From: the human T2T-CHM13v2.0 reference genome, Homo sapiens
NCBI RefSeq assembly: GCF_009914755.1
Contig: NC_060933.1
Strand: one strand, 5' to 3'
DNA length: 64,000 nt
Position numbers and translations under genes: made by a program. The notes beneath the pieces were generated by a model. The model worked only from the letters and a program-made list of their open reading frames with translations. It was not told the origin of the DNA and did not search any database. Numbering within the stretch: position 1 is the first letter of the stretch; every line of letters begins with the position of its first letter. Shown here piece after piece: positions 48,520 to 64,000 of this stretch.

Positions 48520-49960
48520 AGGATGGATCATAGGCCACAATGTGGAAGCTTAGACAGTAAAAACAATACAAATTCTATAACAAAAAAGTACAAAATATCT
48601 TCCATGACCTTGAGATAGGCAAAGATTTCTTAAATAGGACCAAAAAGACACCAAATATTTTTAAAGTTTATTAAATTGAACTTCTATAAATTAATGACTT
48701 CTATTCATCAAATAATATAATTAAGATAGTTAATCTTGATGTCATCCCATTTGTTTATTTTTGCTTTTGTTCCCTATGCTTTCAGGGTTATATCCAAAAA
48801 AATTGCTGATCAAACCAATATCTTGGATCATTTTCTCTGTTTTCATGTAATAGTTTTACAGTTTCAAGTCTTATATTTAAGTCTTTCATCAATTTAGAGT
48901 TAATTTTTGTATATGGTATGATATAAGGATCTCATTTCATTCTTCTACATACAGATACTCAGTTTTTCCCACAGCATTTATTGAGAAAGCTGTGCTTTCC
49001 CCACTGTGTGTTCTAGGAACCTTTGTCAAAAATCAAGTGGCTGGGTTTATTTCTGGGCTTTCTATCCTGTTCCATTGGTCAATGTGTCTGTTTTTATAGG
49101 AGTACCTATGTGGTTTTAATTAATATCACTTTATAACATGTTCTGAAATCAGGGAGTATAATGCCTCCAGCTTCGTTCTTTTTGCTAAATATTGTTTTGG
49201 CTATTCAGCATCATTTGTGTCCTCAAGTCAATACTCTTAAGTTCCTACTCAAGAAATAAGAAAGAAGAACAAAGTAAATTCAAAACAAGGAAAATGAGGG
49301 AAATAAAAATAAGAGCACAGCTAATATCCAAAAATCAATCACTTTCCTATACATCAGCAATAAACAAGTGGAATTTGAAATTAAAAACAGAATATCATTT
49401 ACATTAGCACCCCTAGAAATTAAAAACATAGGTATGCATCTACCAAATTTGTATAAGATCTATATGAGGAAAGCTATAAAGCTGATGAAAGAAATCAAAG
49501 AACTAAATACATGGAGAGCTATTCCATATACATGGATAGAGAGACTCAATGTTGTCAAGATGTCTTCCTAACTTGATTTGTGGATCCAGTGCAATGCCAT
49601 TCATTACAACAGCAAATTATTTTGTGCTATCTAAAATGTACGTAGAGAGACAAAATATCCAGGTAGCAGAGCATAGAGTAATGTTTGCCAGGGGTTGGGG
49701 GTAGGGGAAATTGGGAGACGTTGAGTAAAGAGTCCAATTTCTGTTATGCAAGAGAAATAAGTCCTGGAGATCTAATGTACAGCATGGTGACTATTGTTAA
49801 TAATACTGTATTGTATACTTGGAATTTGCTAAGAGAATAGATCTTAAGAGTTCTCATACAATAAAAAAGGAAGGTAAATATGTGAGGTGATGGATATGCT
49901 AATTAGCTTGATTATGGTAGTCATTTCACTATGTACATGTTTATAAAAATACCACATTGA
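48520..49960. mobile_element. Mosaic of L1M fragments in both orientations
   Basis: L1 ORF2 motifs on + (48520-48730, 49330-49660) and on - (48735-49222); L1MA 3' UTR on + (49662-49960). Confidence 0.8.
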
Positions 49961-50889
49961 TGCAAGCTTTTGGGCTGGGGATCAGAGTTCTGGTGCAATT
50001 CTAGACTCTTCTCAAGAAGAATCTGAATACACTCTTGTGGGGATGGTACAACCAGCCTAGTTCCTGTGACAATGTTCTTTCCCCTGTAGCCAGATGTGGG
50101 TTGGGTAGTGAGAGGTTAGTCAAGGTTAGTCAGCTCCAGAAAGTCTGTCTGTCTCCACAAAGGGGAGTGACAAAGAGCGGGAGCCTGAACTCAAGTGAAG
50201 AGCAATCATGAGGGCGACCTCATAAGGAGGACTTCTCAAACACGGGGCCATCTAAGTTTCACAATGACCGTAAAAGAAAGCCATTGTTATCTCCATTTTC
50301 TGATGAAGTAGTCTGAGAAATAATGAGACTTTCCTGAAGAAAACCAGTGAACAGCAAAGTCAGCATTTATTCTTTTCACTCCACAGACATTTTTATCTAG
50401 ATATTGTTCAAAGGACTAAATGTGTGTCAGTCTTCATTAGTCATGGATTTTTATTTTAAAAAGTGTGGTCAAAAATACTTTATTAAGTGGGTGATATTTA
50501 AATAAACCCTTGCATGAAGTGAAGAAGCGAGCTCTGTAGATATTTGTGGAAAGAATGTTTCAGGTGGACAGAACAATTAAAAGGACTAAGGCTGGAGAGT
50601 GCCTGGCCAGTTCAGGGAACATCAAAGATACAAGGGGTGAGGGTGAAAGGGAACGGGTAGAAACGGAGATGGAAGAAAGTTTTTTGTCTTTACCTAACAG
50701 TCATGGGATGAGCAACTCAGCTTTGCATGATTATCCAAGTACAGGTTTCTTTCAACTTTTTGCTATTCCATGCCCTAGGGTATGGTCCATATCTGCCTAA
50801 TCACAGCTGGGTCATGTGCTTGTAACAGAAGGGGAAAGAGGGCACATTCTAGGGCAAGTAGCTTATTTTGTAATTTGAAGATGTCCTAT

Positions 50890-51340
50890 ACGGTCGATTG
50901 TTTCCAAAGACGACTGCAACACTCCATTCTATCTTACATGCCCGTTTGCAATATGACTTTTCCACTTTTCCATCAAGACATAGACTCTATCTTACCTCCC
51001 CTTAAATCTGGACTAATCTTATGAGTTGCTTTAACCAATATCATGTGGTAGAAATGACAATGTGCAACTCCAAAGACAAAACTTCAAGAATCCCCACACC
51101 TTCCATTTTTTATGTCTTGGAATGCAGCTGCCATGCTGATAGAAAGCTAAGCTAGACTGACGGAGGAGAACAGAGCCCCAGAGTCAGCCAGTAGTCAGCA
51201 CAACTACCAGCCATATGATTTAAACCATAATGGAAGTTCTAGCCCTGGCTGAGCTCCATAGGAGTGAAACTGCAAGTGTGAGCTCATAAGAGACCATCAA
51301 ATGAGTCTGACTCTTAAATATTTGGTGTAAGCTAGTGTGA
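50890..51340 (+). mobile_element. MLT1-type LTR, followed by an L2 fragment to about 51900
   Basis: cctccccttaaatctgg...gctttaaccaata...gtagaaatgac; L2 motifs downstream. Confidence 0.55.
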
Positions 51341-52311
51341 GAATGGAGTTTCCACCAGATGAGATTAGGAAGTTTACAGGTAAACAAAGTTTTGAATGCA
51401 AAGATCAGGAGTTCAGGTTTGAACATTGATAAGTTTGAGATATCTCTAAGACATCTAAAAAGAGTCAAATAAGCCTTTTGGAATTTTAGTTTGCAGTTTG
51501 GGAGAGAGGTGTTGGCTAAGAGAGCCACATTTGGAAGTCAGTGGTATATGGATGGAACTAATGCCAAAAGACTGACTGAAACAAGAAAAAAATTAACAAG
51601 GAAGAGTCGTAATCAATTATATCAGATGCTGCAGATAGTGTGAGTAATGTGAGAATTGAGAGTTGACCACTGATTTTAGCAATGTGAGGTTTGTTGGACA
51701 CTTTGACAAGAGCAGTGTAGGGGGAGTGCTGAAAAATCTGATTGGACTGTGTTTACAAGAATAACAGAGAAAAATATTTTAAAAGAGTGTGGATAACTCC
51801 TTCAAGGAATTGTGTTGCAAAAGAGAATAGAAATGGGACAGGAGCTCGCAGAGAAAGTAAAGCCAAGAAAAGTTTCTTTTTGTTTGTGTTCTATTGTTGT
51901 CGTGCCCTTAAGGATAGGGAATATAGCAGGACTGGATGCTAATAGAATCTTCCAAGGAAAAATCCAAAGGCCAGAGGTGAGCTAATCTTGCGACTTCTAT
52001 TTTTGAATAGGTGAAGTATGAGCTTTGTATATGTGTAAGGGTAGTTAAAAGGTTAAAAGTTAAAAGGTGAGAAGGCAGACTCTGAGGGTGTAGGTACTGG
52101 TGGGTAAGTGTCTTTGTTCATTTTGTGCTGCTGTGACAGATGACCACAGATTGGGTGATTAATTTTTTCACAGGTATAAAAACTGTGAAGCCCGAAATCA
52201 AGATGCCAGAATTTGATGTCTGGTGAGGCCCTTCTTGCTGCCTGTGCACATGACAGAAGGCAGAAGGGCAAGAGAGCCAAATGCTGCATTTAGCCTGTTT
52301 TTTAAGGGCTT

Positions 52312-52661
52312 TGCTACAGTTTGAATGTGTCCTCCCAAAAATCATGTGTTAGAAACTTAATTATCATTAAAATAGTATTAAGAGGTGATTACACTATGAG
52401 GGCTCTGCCTTCATAAATGGATTAATGCTGCTATTGTGGGAGTGGGCTCCCTATAAAAGGACCTATTTGGCCTGCTTTTTTCTCTCTCACCCCTTTTTTA
52501 TGCCCTTCACGATGAAAGGACACACATGAAGGCCCTAGGCAGGAGTCAGCCCCTTGATCTTGGACTTTCCAGCTCCAGAATAGTGAGCCAATAAATTTCT
52601 ATTTATTATAAATTACCCAGTCTGTGGTATTCTGTGTAACAGCATAAAATGGACTAAGACA
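52312..52661 (+). mobile_element. MST-type LTR nested antisense in the MaLR LTR
   Basis: tgctacagtttgaatgtgtcc...ggactaagaca. Confidence 0.85.
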
Positions 52662-54610
52662 GTCCTTAATCCTATTCATGGAGGAGGAATCCTCATGGCC
52701 TAATTCCTCTTAAAGGCCTCACCTCTCAATATGATCACATTCTTCATTAAGTTTCAACATATTAATTTTGGCAGAAATACATTCAAATCATAGCATTCTT
52801 CTCTGGCCACTCAAAATTCATATCCTTCTCATGTGCAAAATACATTATTAATTCCATCCCAATAGCCCCAAAAGTTTTCATTCATTCCAACAACAACTCA
52901 AAAGTCTAAAGTCCAGAGGTTTATGTAAATCAGGTATGAGTGAGACTCAAGGAACAATTCATCCTGAAGCAAATTTCCCTCCAGCAATGAGGCTGCAAAG
53001 TCGAATAAGTTATTAGCTTCCAAAACACAATGGTGGTATAGGTGTGGGATAGACATTCCCATCCTGAAAGGCAGAAATTGGCTAAAAGAAAGGGGTAACA
53101 AGTTCTGAGTAAATCCAAAACCCAAAAGGGCAAACAACATTAGATCTTAAGGCTTGAGAATAATTTTATTTGACTCATGTTTTACCGTCAAGGCAGACTG
53201 GGGCAGGGGTTGGATCCCCAAGGCTCCAAAGGCCACAACCCCATAGCTTTGCTGGGCACAGCCCACACCACAGCCCTCATGGGTTGGAGTCTCCTACCTG
53301 CAGCTCTTTCACGCTGGCATTGCATCCTGGTGACTCTAAAATGTGGAGGTCTCCAGCATGGCCCTACCCCCATAGTTCCACTAGATTTTGTGTTAGTGAG
53401 TACTCTCTGAGGTGGCCCCACTCACACAGCTCCACTGTGTATTCCTCTGGTGGAGACACTCTGTGGCATTCTCTGAAACCTAGGGGAGGAAGCTAGGCCT
53501 TCAAAGCTCCTGAACTCTGTGCACTTGCAGAGTTCGCACTACATGGGTGCTGCCAAGTGCTATGGCCTATACCTCCTGAAGCAGTGACTTGAGTCACACC
53601 TGGGCCTGCTTGAGCCATAGCTGGGGCAGCCAAGGAGCACTGTGCCAGAATGCAGGGAGCAGAGATTTGAGGCGGCCCTGGATGGTAAGCCCCAAGTTCC
53701 CATGGGCACCCTGGGCCCCTCCCTCAAACCTGTTCAGCCCCCAAGGCCCTAGCACTCTGCCTGTGAAGAATGTGGTGGCCTCAAAGATCTCTGAAATGTC
53801 TTTGGGGTCATTTTCTCATTATCTTGATAAATTGCTCCTGGCTTCCTGCTATTCACACTAATTTGCTTATCGGACTGTCAACTGGGCACACCCTTGGTTT
53901 TCTCTACTAAACATGCTTTTTTATTATTTACATGGCCAGGCTGAGAATTTTTCAAATCTTTACATTCTTTACATGTGAGAGCTTCCCTTTTGATTATAAA
54001 TTCCATCTTTAAGTCATTTCTCTCTTTTTGCATTTTGCTATGAGCAGTTGAGAGAAGCCGTGCAATTCCTTCAACATTTTGCTGCTTAGAGATTTCTTTC
54101 ATCAAGTATCCTAGTTCATCACTCTTAAGTTCTACCTCCCACAAAATACTGAGGCAGGAACATAATTCAGCCAACTTCTTGGCTACTTTGTAACAGTGAT
54201 GGCCTTCTTCCAGTTTCCAGTAAGGTGTTTCTGATTTCTCTTTAAGATACCATAATAAAGGCCCTCACTGTCCATATTTCTACCAGTATTCTCGTCACAA
54301 CCACTGAGATAATATAAGAACTTGTCTAAGATAAACTAAGAAGGTTCAGGCTTTCCCTACAGCTCTCCTTTTGTTCTGAGCCCTCACCAGAATCACCCTT
54401 AATGTGCCATGTTGGGCCATACAGGCTTTTTCAGCATTCCCTTTAAAACGGTTCCAGCCTCTACCCATTACTCAGTTCCAAAGCTGCTTCTACATTTTCG
54501 GGTATTTGTTGTAGCAACACTCCATTCTCCTGGTATCAATTTTGGTCTCAGTCTATTCGTGTTATTATAACAGAATACCACAGCCTGAGTAATGTGTAAA
54601 GAAAAGAAAT

Positions 54611-54924
<314 letters not shown>

Positions 54925-57900
54925 TTAATTTTCTCACAGTTCTAGAGGCTGACAAATTCAGGATCAAGGAGACAGTGAGGTCCTTTTGGCATCTGGTGAG
55001 GTCCTTTTCGCTGCATTCTCACCTGGCAGAAGGTAGCATGGCAAGAGGGCCAGACGCTGTGTGAAGCCTCTTTTAGAAAGAACTTTATCCCTTTGATGAG
55101 GGAGGAGCCCGCATGGCCTTAAAGGCCCATCTTTTAATACTGTCACATTGGCCATTAAGTTTCAATACCTGAATTATGGAGGAGACACATTCAGATCAGA
55201 GCCATAAGCCAATGTGATGTTGGAAGCTCATGGACATTCTTTTTTGATTGCCTCAGTTTTCTGGTGAAGTAGGGAGCTAAGAATGAGACTGGGAGAAGAG
55301 ACACTGGCATTTTGAGGAAAGAGAAAAGAGAGAAAAAGTGTTATCTAAGAGAATGAGAGGGTAAACAGGTGTGAAATGTTGTGTGATGCTTTGCAGCTTT
55401 AAGGGTACCTGTTATGTTCAGCCTTCACTTTAGAGATGAAGACCCTAAGTCCTGGAGAAGTGATATGCCCATCCTTGGATCATGCGGCCAATTGAAGTGG
55501 AGTCCTTACTAGAACCCAGGACTCCAAATGGCCACCTCAACAATATTTCATGTATGTGCTCCATGTGGTCTTCTGTGTTATAGTTTAGCTACTGAACATA
55601 ATAGATCTCCAAGTCAAAAAGGCTATTTTTAATACATTTTTTACATGACTGTTCATGTAAAAAGAAACTGACTTTCACTTTGAGACATTTATTTTTTCCT
55701 TCAAGCCTGTCTTGCAGATTCCATCAGTACAAATGTCTTATTTATTAAAAGTACAAAGACAGACTTTGAAGCAGAAATTTAAAATGCCCACCTGGGAAAA
55801 ACCAGATGAAAGCTTCATGATCCAGTTCTGTGACAGGTGAGCCAGCAGCAGGCTCCCCATGTCTCCTAAGATACGGGCTTCCACCAGAGAAAAGAGAATA
55901 TCTAAAGTGCTTTAATGCAACCTGTCCAAAAGTAAACTTTTTCTTTCTCTGGTGAAGAAGACAAAAGGAAAACTTTAAGTCTACTCGAAGTTTGTAAAAG
56001 AAGCATGACAACTCTTGCCTAGTAGGGCTGTGGCTAGGGCTGGTTCCTAGAGTGGCCACGATGATTGGAGGGGCATGCTAGGATTGGTTCTTCAGCTAGG
56101 CCTCCAGACAAGTATGGGGGCACCAACTTTGTGTAACTACCTTCCCACTCATTTTGAGAGCCACTTACTGTCTGGTGGCTTTCAACTCCCATTGTCAGCC
56201 CTTCCTTGGAGAGACGTATTATATTAATACTTTCCATTGAAGGGCACAGTTTCGTGTCTTATTACCTTCTTACAAAGATCTAGAGCTGCCTTTCTCTACC
56301 AGCGCTCCTCATCTGAACCTCAGAGCATGGGAAGTGATGTGAGTAACTGTTTCAGCTCACCAGAGAACAACTACTTGCACGTATAGTAGTTGCTGTCCGT
56401 TGTCCAGTCCCAGAAGAGGTTCAGCCACGCACACATCTTTCCAAAACTGGCGAACTCTGTTTTGGTACAGCAAGGATGATGTTTGCAAAATGCTGAGACA
56501 AGCAATCACTACAGAATTTTTCAAGTCTAATATATTAGAAGATACAGAGATGTTAAAATGTTAGATATGTTAAAAGTTATCATTGTAATTGGAAAATGTG
56601 TTGCTTCTTTAAACTGTGATGGATCATTATACTGATAAAATTTAGTATTCACTCTATGGGAAAAAGCCCAAGCTCTGCTCCAAACATTTTATTTCTACAT
56701 TAATTCTGCCACTTTCATCTTTCCCCCTTCCCTCACCCTTTGGAAGGGTAAAATATTTAAGTTGAAGAGAAAAATCTAATTTTAAAAACAATTTTTGTTT
56801 AAAACTTGTTTTTGATTTTCATATTATATTTATATCCTGTCTATAAACAGAATCAATAATGAAAGCCATAGATCATGATGGAAGAGCTTCTTAGGTTCAT
56901 GCTAAAAATGAAACAAAAGCTTATACCTTTACTAGGTTTCAACATAAAAAATATATGCATATGATTAAAGAAACCCATAAATAAGGGGAAATATCACAGA
57001 AGGGAAATAATATTTGAATATGAAAAGAAAAGGACCCAAAAGTCATTGCACATTCACAGAAATCTAGTTTTCATTATAAAGATCATCTCAAGACACGCTT
57101 TTGCAACATCAGTAGGTAGAATTTTTTTTAGCACAGAGCCTGACCACACTTTCTTTCAAAAATATGGAGTTAATATGTCACTTCTGAAATCATTATTATG
57201 ATTTTTATTTCCTCAATGTTATACTGAACACACTGAATTTAGGACTGAGGCAAATGAGAGTTAGTCTCCTAGTCACAACTATATCTTTTACAGACTAAGA
57301 ATTTTGCAAAAATCAAAGCATAGATATAAGTTCACTTCTATCCATCTAAAGAAGCACAAAAAAAGAGCTGTTTTAAAAGGTCATGTCATAGGTGGGTACA
57401 GTCCCATTGTTTAGCTGCCTCTCTCAACTCTGACCTGGGACATTGTGGGGATTTGCCTCATTGCAATAGTTGCAATTCCTGGTCCCAGTTCTCTTGATTC
57501 TATCCTTGAAGTCAGAAGTATTAGACAGAAAAAAAATGGAGACTTGAATTTTTTTAGAGAAAACATGTGTGGATAGATATTTAACTGATTAATGTCCTCT
57601 TAATTACTTGAACATTACTAGCCAATACATGTGAGCTTTTGCAGACAAAGGGTTGCAGCCATATCGTCCAGTTCTTGTTGGTTACATGTCAACAACCTGT
57701 GATCCACTACACCTGTAAAATACTGTTAGCCCTATTTTCACTCTCATTATTTAATACAAATGATCACTGTTCTTTTCTATTATTTTCTCTTCCTTTAATT
57801 TTCTTACTCCCAGTTTTTCTCCACCACTCCATCTTCTTCTTGCATAAACCTCTGCTGGTATCTAACATTCTTTATTCTCAAGGGTGGCATCTTAAAGGGC

Positions 57901-57997
57901 GTTTCAGATCTTTGGGTCTTACATTAATTTAGTTGTGGGTCCACAGCTGGGAAGCTCAGTATCAAGACTGCCCAATTACTGATAAGAAGAGATAGAT

Positions 57998-58322
<325 letters not shown>

Positions 58323-60169
58323 TCACACTTGACAGAGGCTAAGAGTGAAACTCTGCCTAGGCAATAGGGAGGGCCAGGAGCAGGGGCCCATGCTGTGAAA
58401 GGTAAGCCCTCAAACAAGGTGAACAGCGGTGAGGTAAAGGCTTATTTCCTCTTCGAAGATTTTGTTACTATCTTGCCCCTCCGCAGATACAATCCTTTAA
58501 AGGTTTCTTATTTTCTTTTGGAGAAAATTCTATACTCCCCTCGTTTTCAAGGACATCTCCAAATTGGTTCCAAAGGGTCTTTCTATTCACAGCTTCCATT
58601 AGTCCCTTGCAGGCTCCTAGGCAAACAAGATCATTTATTTATTTATTCATTTTCTTAAAAGTACACCCATTTCCAGCCTCATTGTTGGATCAGGCCCAGC
58701 ATGGCCTTCCCTCTCATATGTGCACACACTAACCAACTAAAGATGGATTCTAGATCTCCATCACGAAGACTCCTTTAAGCCTCCCAGGGAGGAAGAAACT
58801 TCAAGCTTACCATGAGGAAAATATTTTCTTTTTTATACCTCTTTCACAGAGAAATCTTTACCTTTCTATACCATTTTTATGTAGTTTTAAGTTATGTCAC
58901 GAATATTGTAGTGTCCCTATTAACCTCTAAACTTCTTGAAGGAAGGAATTGTGTCTAACCCTTTTTCTGCCTTAATGGTAGTAAAATTTTACTGATTGAA
59001 GAATGAATGTGGAAGGATGTTTTCGGGAAATAGCCTTTTGTTTAATACTCAGTAGGTTGGTTTCTATCTTATCTCTTCATAAAACTCCACAAAGTGACAG
59101 AATTCCTTCCTTTAATTGAGATCATTCTCAGCTCTAGTCTACCTACAGATGGTCTGTTTTAAATTAACGGCTCAAAATTTTACTACTCTTGAGAACTTGG
59201 GCAAACTAGTCAACCATTCTTAGTCTCAGTGTGCTCTTTATAAAATGAAGAAAACGTTAATCCTTCCACTGCTTTGTGAGGCTTGAATGAGATGTGAGTC
59301 CCTCAGTTCATCTCAGGGCCCTGTGCTCAGTAATCATCCACTCTTAGGACTGAGCTGAAAGAACAAGCACATTCAAGGAAACAATGGGGTTTACTTTTTT
59401 CCCAAAAAGGTATTTTTATTGTTTGGCAACCAATAAAGAGTTCATAGTTCTTCTATCTCTTCTTTCTCTTTTTATTTAAATAAGCAGGCAATCAAACCTA
59501 TAGTTTTTTTTTCTGTTAAAAATATATTCATTATGTAGACAAAATTTAAGAATGTTAGAAAAACTTTAGTGTAGAGACAACAAATGTCATATAATTAAAT
59601 ATGCCTATGATTATTTTGATTTACATGATATCAAGGGTCTGTGTAGGAAGATAAGTTTAGCCCAAAACAATCTTAGCTGAAGCAAATGCAAAACAGGAAA
59701 TTTAGACACAAGGAAATAAACACTAGTCCTAAAATATGCTCTTTAAAATAGCTTTAACGCAGCATAGAATTTTGCATCTATATTTGTGAACAAAATTATC
59801 CCTGCAGCTGTCCAATATCTTGCCAGAATTGTAAACTTCAAATTAGGATGCAAACTCAATGTCACTCAAGAAGTGGTCATGAGGCTGGACTTAGTCATTG
59901 GTAATTATTCTGGATTCATCAGCAGGGCAGAGCTGATTTTACCATTTCATAACCAACCACTTCTGAACAGTTTCCTCCCAGGTGCTTAAGAATGAAGAAG
60001 TGGCTGTCAGGACTGCACTGGCAATATTTTTCAAAATGTGGATCCCTGGTCATATTAAAATAAAAGTTTTTCCCCCGTCAGGTTAGCAGAAATGTAAAAT
60101 GGAGATTGGAATTTAGATGTAGAATTTTGTGTCAGAACCACGTTTGATAGTCAGTTACACACATCTGGC

Positions 60170-60390
60170 CCACAGTTAAGAATGTAAACTAACAGCATTA
60201 AGAGCCAGACATCCTGGGTTCAAATCCCAGCTCTGCTATATAAGGCTTGGCCTTTCTGTGCCTCAGTTGTCTCACTTGCAAAATCAGGATGATATCATCC
60301 TCCAAGGATTACTGTGAGGAATAAATTGTTAATATGCTTAAAGTGCTTGGAACAGAACACACATTCTGTGAAGTCATTACTATTATCATT
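60170..60390 (+). mobile_element. MIR
   Basis: cctgggttcaaatcccagctctgc...ctgtgcctcagtt...aaagtgctt. Confidence 0.8.
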
Positions 60391-60867
60391 ACATTAACAC
60401 TTCTCTTTTTGAAAAAGGACACTTTTTCTATTAGTTAAGACAAAGCAAGCCATATATTTGCAAATTCCTAAAACAATGATTGAAATTAAAATTCTATAGG
60501 AGAATGACTTAAATTTTCTTTGTAATAAGAATAGATATGCCTCCAGTTCCATTCTTGAAGCAGGATACATGCCAAGGTCAGAAGGAAGGTGACTTCTGCT
60601 TTCACAAGCCTGTGAGAGAATGGGATCCGGGGTGAGTCCTCCGACTCAGGGGCTCACCTTTCCCACCATGTCAGGCAACGCATCAAGGAGGCTCATGTTC
60701 TTTCAATTTAAGGAATGCATATTTCATTGCTTGAAAGAGGAAAATTTAAATGTTTCTTCAAAGGTTATACAGAATATTATGACAGACTTAGGACAACAAA
60801 CGACGCTTCTGTTAACTGTTAGAGTTCTCTTTGGCAGTGTTATTATGAGTTAACTGCTCAGTAAGAA

Positions 60868-61405
60868 GATGGTTAATATTGAGTGTCAACTTGATTAGAT
60901 TGAAGGATGCAAAGTATTGTTCCTGGGTGTGTCTGTGAGGGTGTTGCCAAAGGAAATTAACATTTGAGTCAGTGGTCTGGGAGAGGCAGATCCACCCTCA
61001 ATCTGGTGGGCACCATCTAATCAGCTGCCAGCGAGGAGGCAGGAGAAGATGGAAGAGCAGACTACTGAGTCTTCCAGCCTTCATCTTTCTCCTGTGCTGG
61101 ATGCTTCCTGCCCTCGAATATCAGACTCCAAGTTCTTCAGCTTTTGGACTCTTGGACTTACACCAGTGGTTTTCCAGGGGCTCTTGAGCCTTTGGCCACA
61201 GACTGAAGGCTGCGCTGTCAGCTTCCCTACTTTTGAGGTTTGGGGACTCAGACGGAACCACCACTGGCTTGCTTGCTCCTCAACTTGCAGACAGCCTATC
61301 CTGGAATTTTACCTTGTGATCATCCAAGTCAATATTCCTTAATAAATTCCCTTTCGTATATACATATATCTTATTACTTCTGTTCCTCTAGAGAACCCTA
61401 ATACA
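60868..61405 (+). mobile_element. MLT2A (HERV-L) LTR
   Basis: gatggttaatattgagtgtcaacttgatt...ctctagagaaccctaataca. Confidence 0.9.
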
Positions 61406-61630
61406 AGGGATTAACATTAGAATTTTGAATTCACCTAAAAGCAAGTGAGGTTACATGAAGTAAGCACAAGAATGTCCTCCAAAATGTACCTTAAATTAAA
61501 TGGAAAGTAAAGAAGAGATGAGAGTTTATTTTTATATTACTGAATGTTGTTTCTTATAAAAGGCATACTTTAGTTCAGTAAGTAATTTGAGAGGGTCTGA
61601 AGACTAAACTACATGTTAAAAAACATTGCC

Positions 61631-61940
61631 GGCTGGATGTGGTGGCTCATGCGTGTAATCCCAGCACTTTGGGAGGCTGAGGCAGGTGGATCACAAGGTC
61701 AGGAGTTCCAGATCACCCTGGCTAACACGGTGAAACCTCATCTCTACTAAAAATACAAAAAAATTAGCCTGGTGTAGTGGCACATGCCTGTAGTCCCAGC
61801 TAATCAGGAGGCTGAGGCAGGAGAATCGCTTGAACCCAGAAGGCGGAAGTAGTAGTGAGCCGAGATCATGCCACTGCACTCCAGTCTGGGTGACAGAGCG
61901 AGACTCCATCTCAAAACAAAACAAACAAAAAAACAAAACA
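61631..61940 (+). mobile_element. Alu (AluSc-like)
   Basis: TSD aaaacattgcc. Confidence 0.95.
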
Positions 61941-62262
61941 AAACATTGCCAATGTTTCCATATTGTGGGAAAGCTATTTATTGAGAAACAGTCTATTATT
62001 TTATTAGACCATGCAGATTATGGTGATGTGATATTATACCTACAGAAATACAACATAGAATAATATTATAGTTTTTTTAAAAGAGCCTTCTACATGTTGC
62101 AAAAATCTGATTTTTAATTTAATAGTACTTTAAGTAATCAAGAACATTTTATAAAGAAACAGCAATGATTAGTATTATAAAGATTATCTGTTTGTTTTAT
62201 TAATCATGGAGAAAAGTTGTCACAATACTTGCCCTTTATGATATTTCAATAAGAATCACCTA

Positions 62263-62629
<367 letters not shown>

Positions 62630-63280
62630 TTAAAAATTTACTTTATACTGCAGATGGTTGGTTCCCATGCCCTGAGAAACACAAGATGCTCCATGGAAAT
62701 GCTGATGATTTTACCTTCATAAAACCAGTTTTCATGCCCCAGAAGTCAAGCACGACCTACTCAAAACTTTAGCTCTGCAGTATAGAGGTCTCCTTCTTCT
62801 CCAAGATAAGATCTTTTGGGGAAGAAGAGCTTATAAGTTGATCAGAATTTGCTCCCACAAGTTCCAGTGAGCAGAGTAGTAACTGAGAACCCAGGCTTTG
62901 TGGCCTTATAAATCTGAATCTACTAGCTGTGTATTCTTGGGAAAGTTACTTAACATCTTGGAGCCTCAATATTCTCATTAAAAAATGAGAATTTAAAAGT
63001 AGCATTGTCATAGGTACTGATGGCTATGTGGTGTCATGTGATTCTTGGCGCAGGTCCTTCATGACATTGTAACTATTGTTTTAATTGCACCATGCACTAA
63101 CAAATAAAATGTTGTATGAATTAAATAGAGCTAACTTAACTAAAATAGGTGGTAATTAATGAAAAATGCTAATCATAACCAGAAAAAAAATTTATTTTTT
63201 TCTTTTTAAATCAGGATCCCTGATAAAAATCTACCCAGAATACAAATCTACCCAAAATGAGATTATCATCCACAATCTCA

Positions 63281-63597
<317 letters not shown>

Positions 63598-64000
63598 ATA
63601 TTTAAAACTTAGATTTTTAAAAAAGCATTTGATAGCCTGACCAATAACTGGAGAGAGAAAAAGAGATGCTCCAAGAATAAACTATTATATTTTAATTCTC
63701 AAGTCATTTAAATTGATAATTTTATGGGTCCTTGCACATAAACAGCTGAAATGTTAAATCAATTCATTAAAGTGTTCATAAATTCACTAAATGTTCTTAA
63801 TCATCATTAAGCCTTAAACAACCTGTGACATCAAAATGATTACAGAGAAACAGTGATAAATTACTTTGAGTTATCAACTATATATTTAAATACTGGGATA
63901 CTGGTCTAAGTTATCTGGTATTTTAGGGGATATTAAGTATTCCATCTCTAATATAATTTATATTATGTCATGCTTCCCATAAGTTTTTAAACAGAAACTT

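Noticed and set aside
48735-49960. Twin-primed inverted L1
   Set aside because: The opposite-strand pieces are separated by other L1 sequence and no shared TSD was found
55860-56560. Unique CpG-containing stretch with several protein-like frames
   Set aside because: No frame or strand gave a recognisable domain; unresolved without a search

Overview
This is repeat-dense primate genomic DNA, most likely human (AluY/AluS/AluJ, LTR12, MER41, LTR22 and THE1/MST elements). I recognise no intact protein-coding gene; nearly all ORF-track entries come from Alu, L1 or LTR sequence. Four structures stand out. (1) A block of about 5.75 kb (9722-15466, minus strand) splits one old L1 in two, is flanked by the direct repeat TACAATTTTT, begins in a CpG island and ends at a MER57 LTR poly(A) site. 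It looks like an L1-made retrocopy of an unspliced non-coding RNA that imported a CpG-island promoter. (2) A very old two-LTR ERV1-class provirus (27814-36384) has a GTAA TSD, a tRNA-Gln-like PBS, gag/pro/RT/RNase H/env-TM remnants and several nested insertions. (3) An FKBP4 processed pseudogene (about 41763-43352) sits inside a THE1-type LTR at that LTR's poly(A) signal. (4) A two-LTR MaLR element lies at 52109-55203. A speculative chain of plus-strand exon-like segments may be a decayed gene or lncRNA. Repeat subfamily names and parent-gene comparisons come from recalled consensus sequences, not from database searches.
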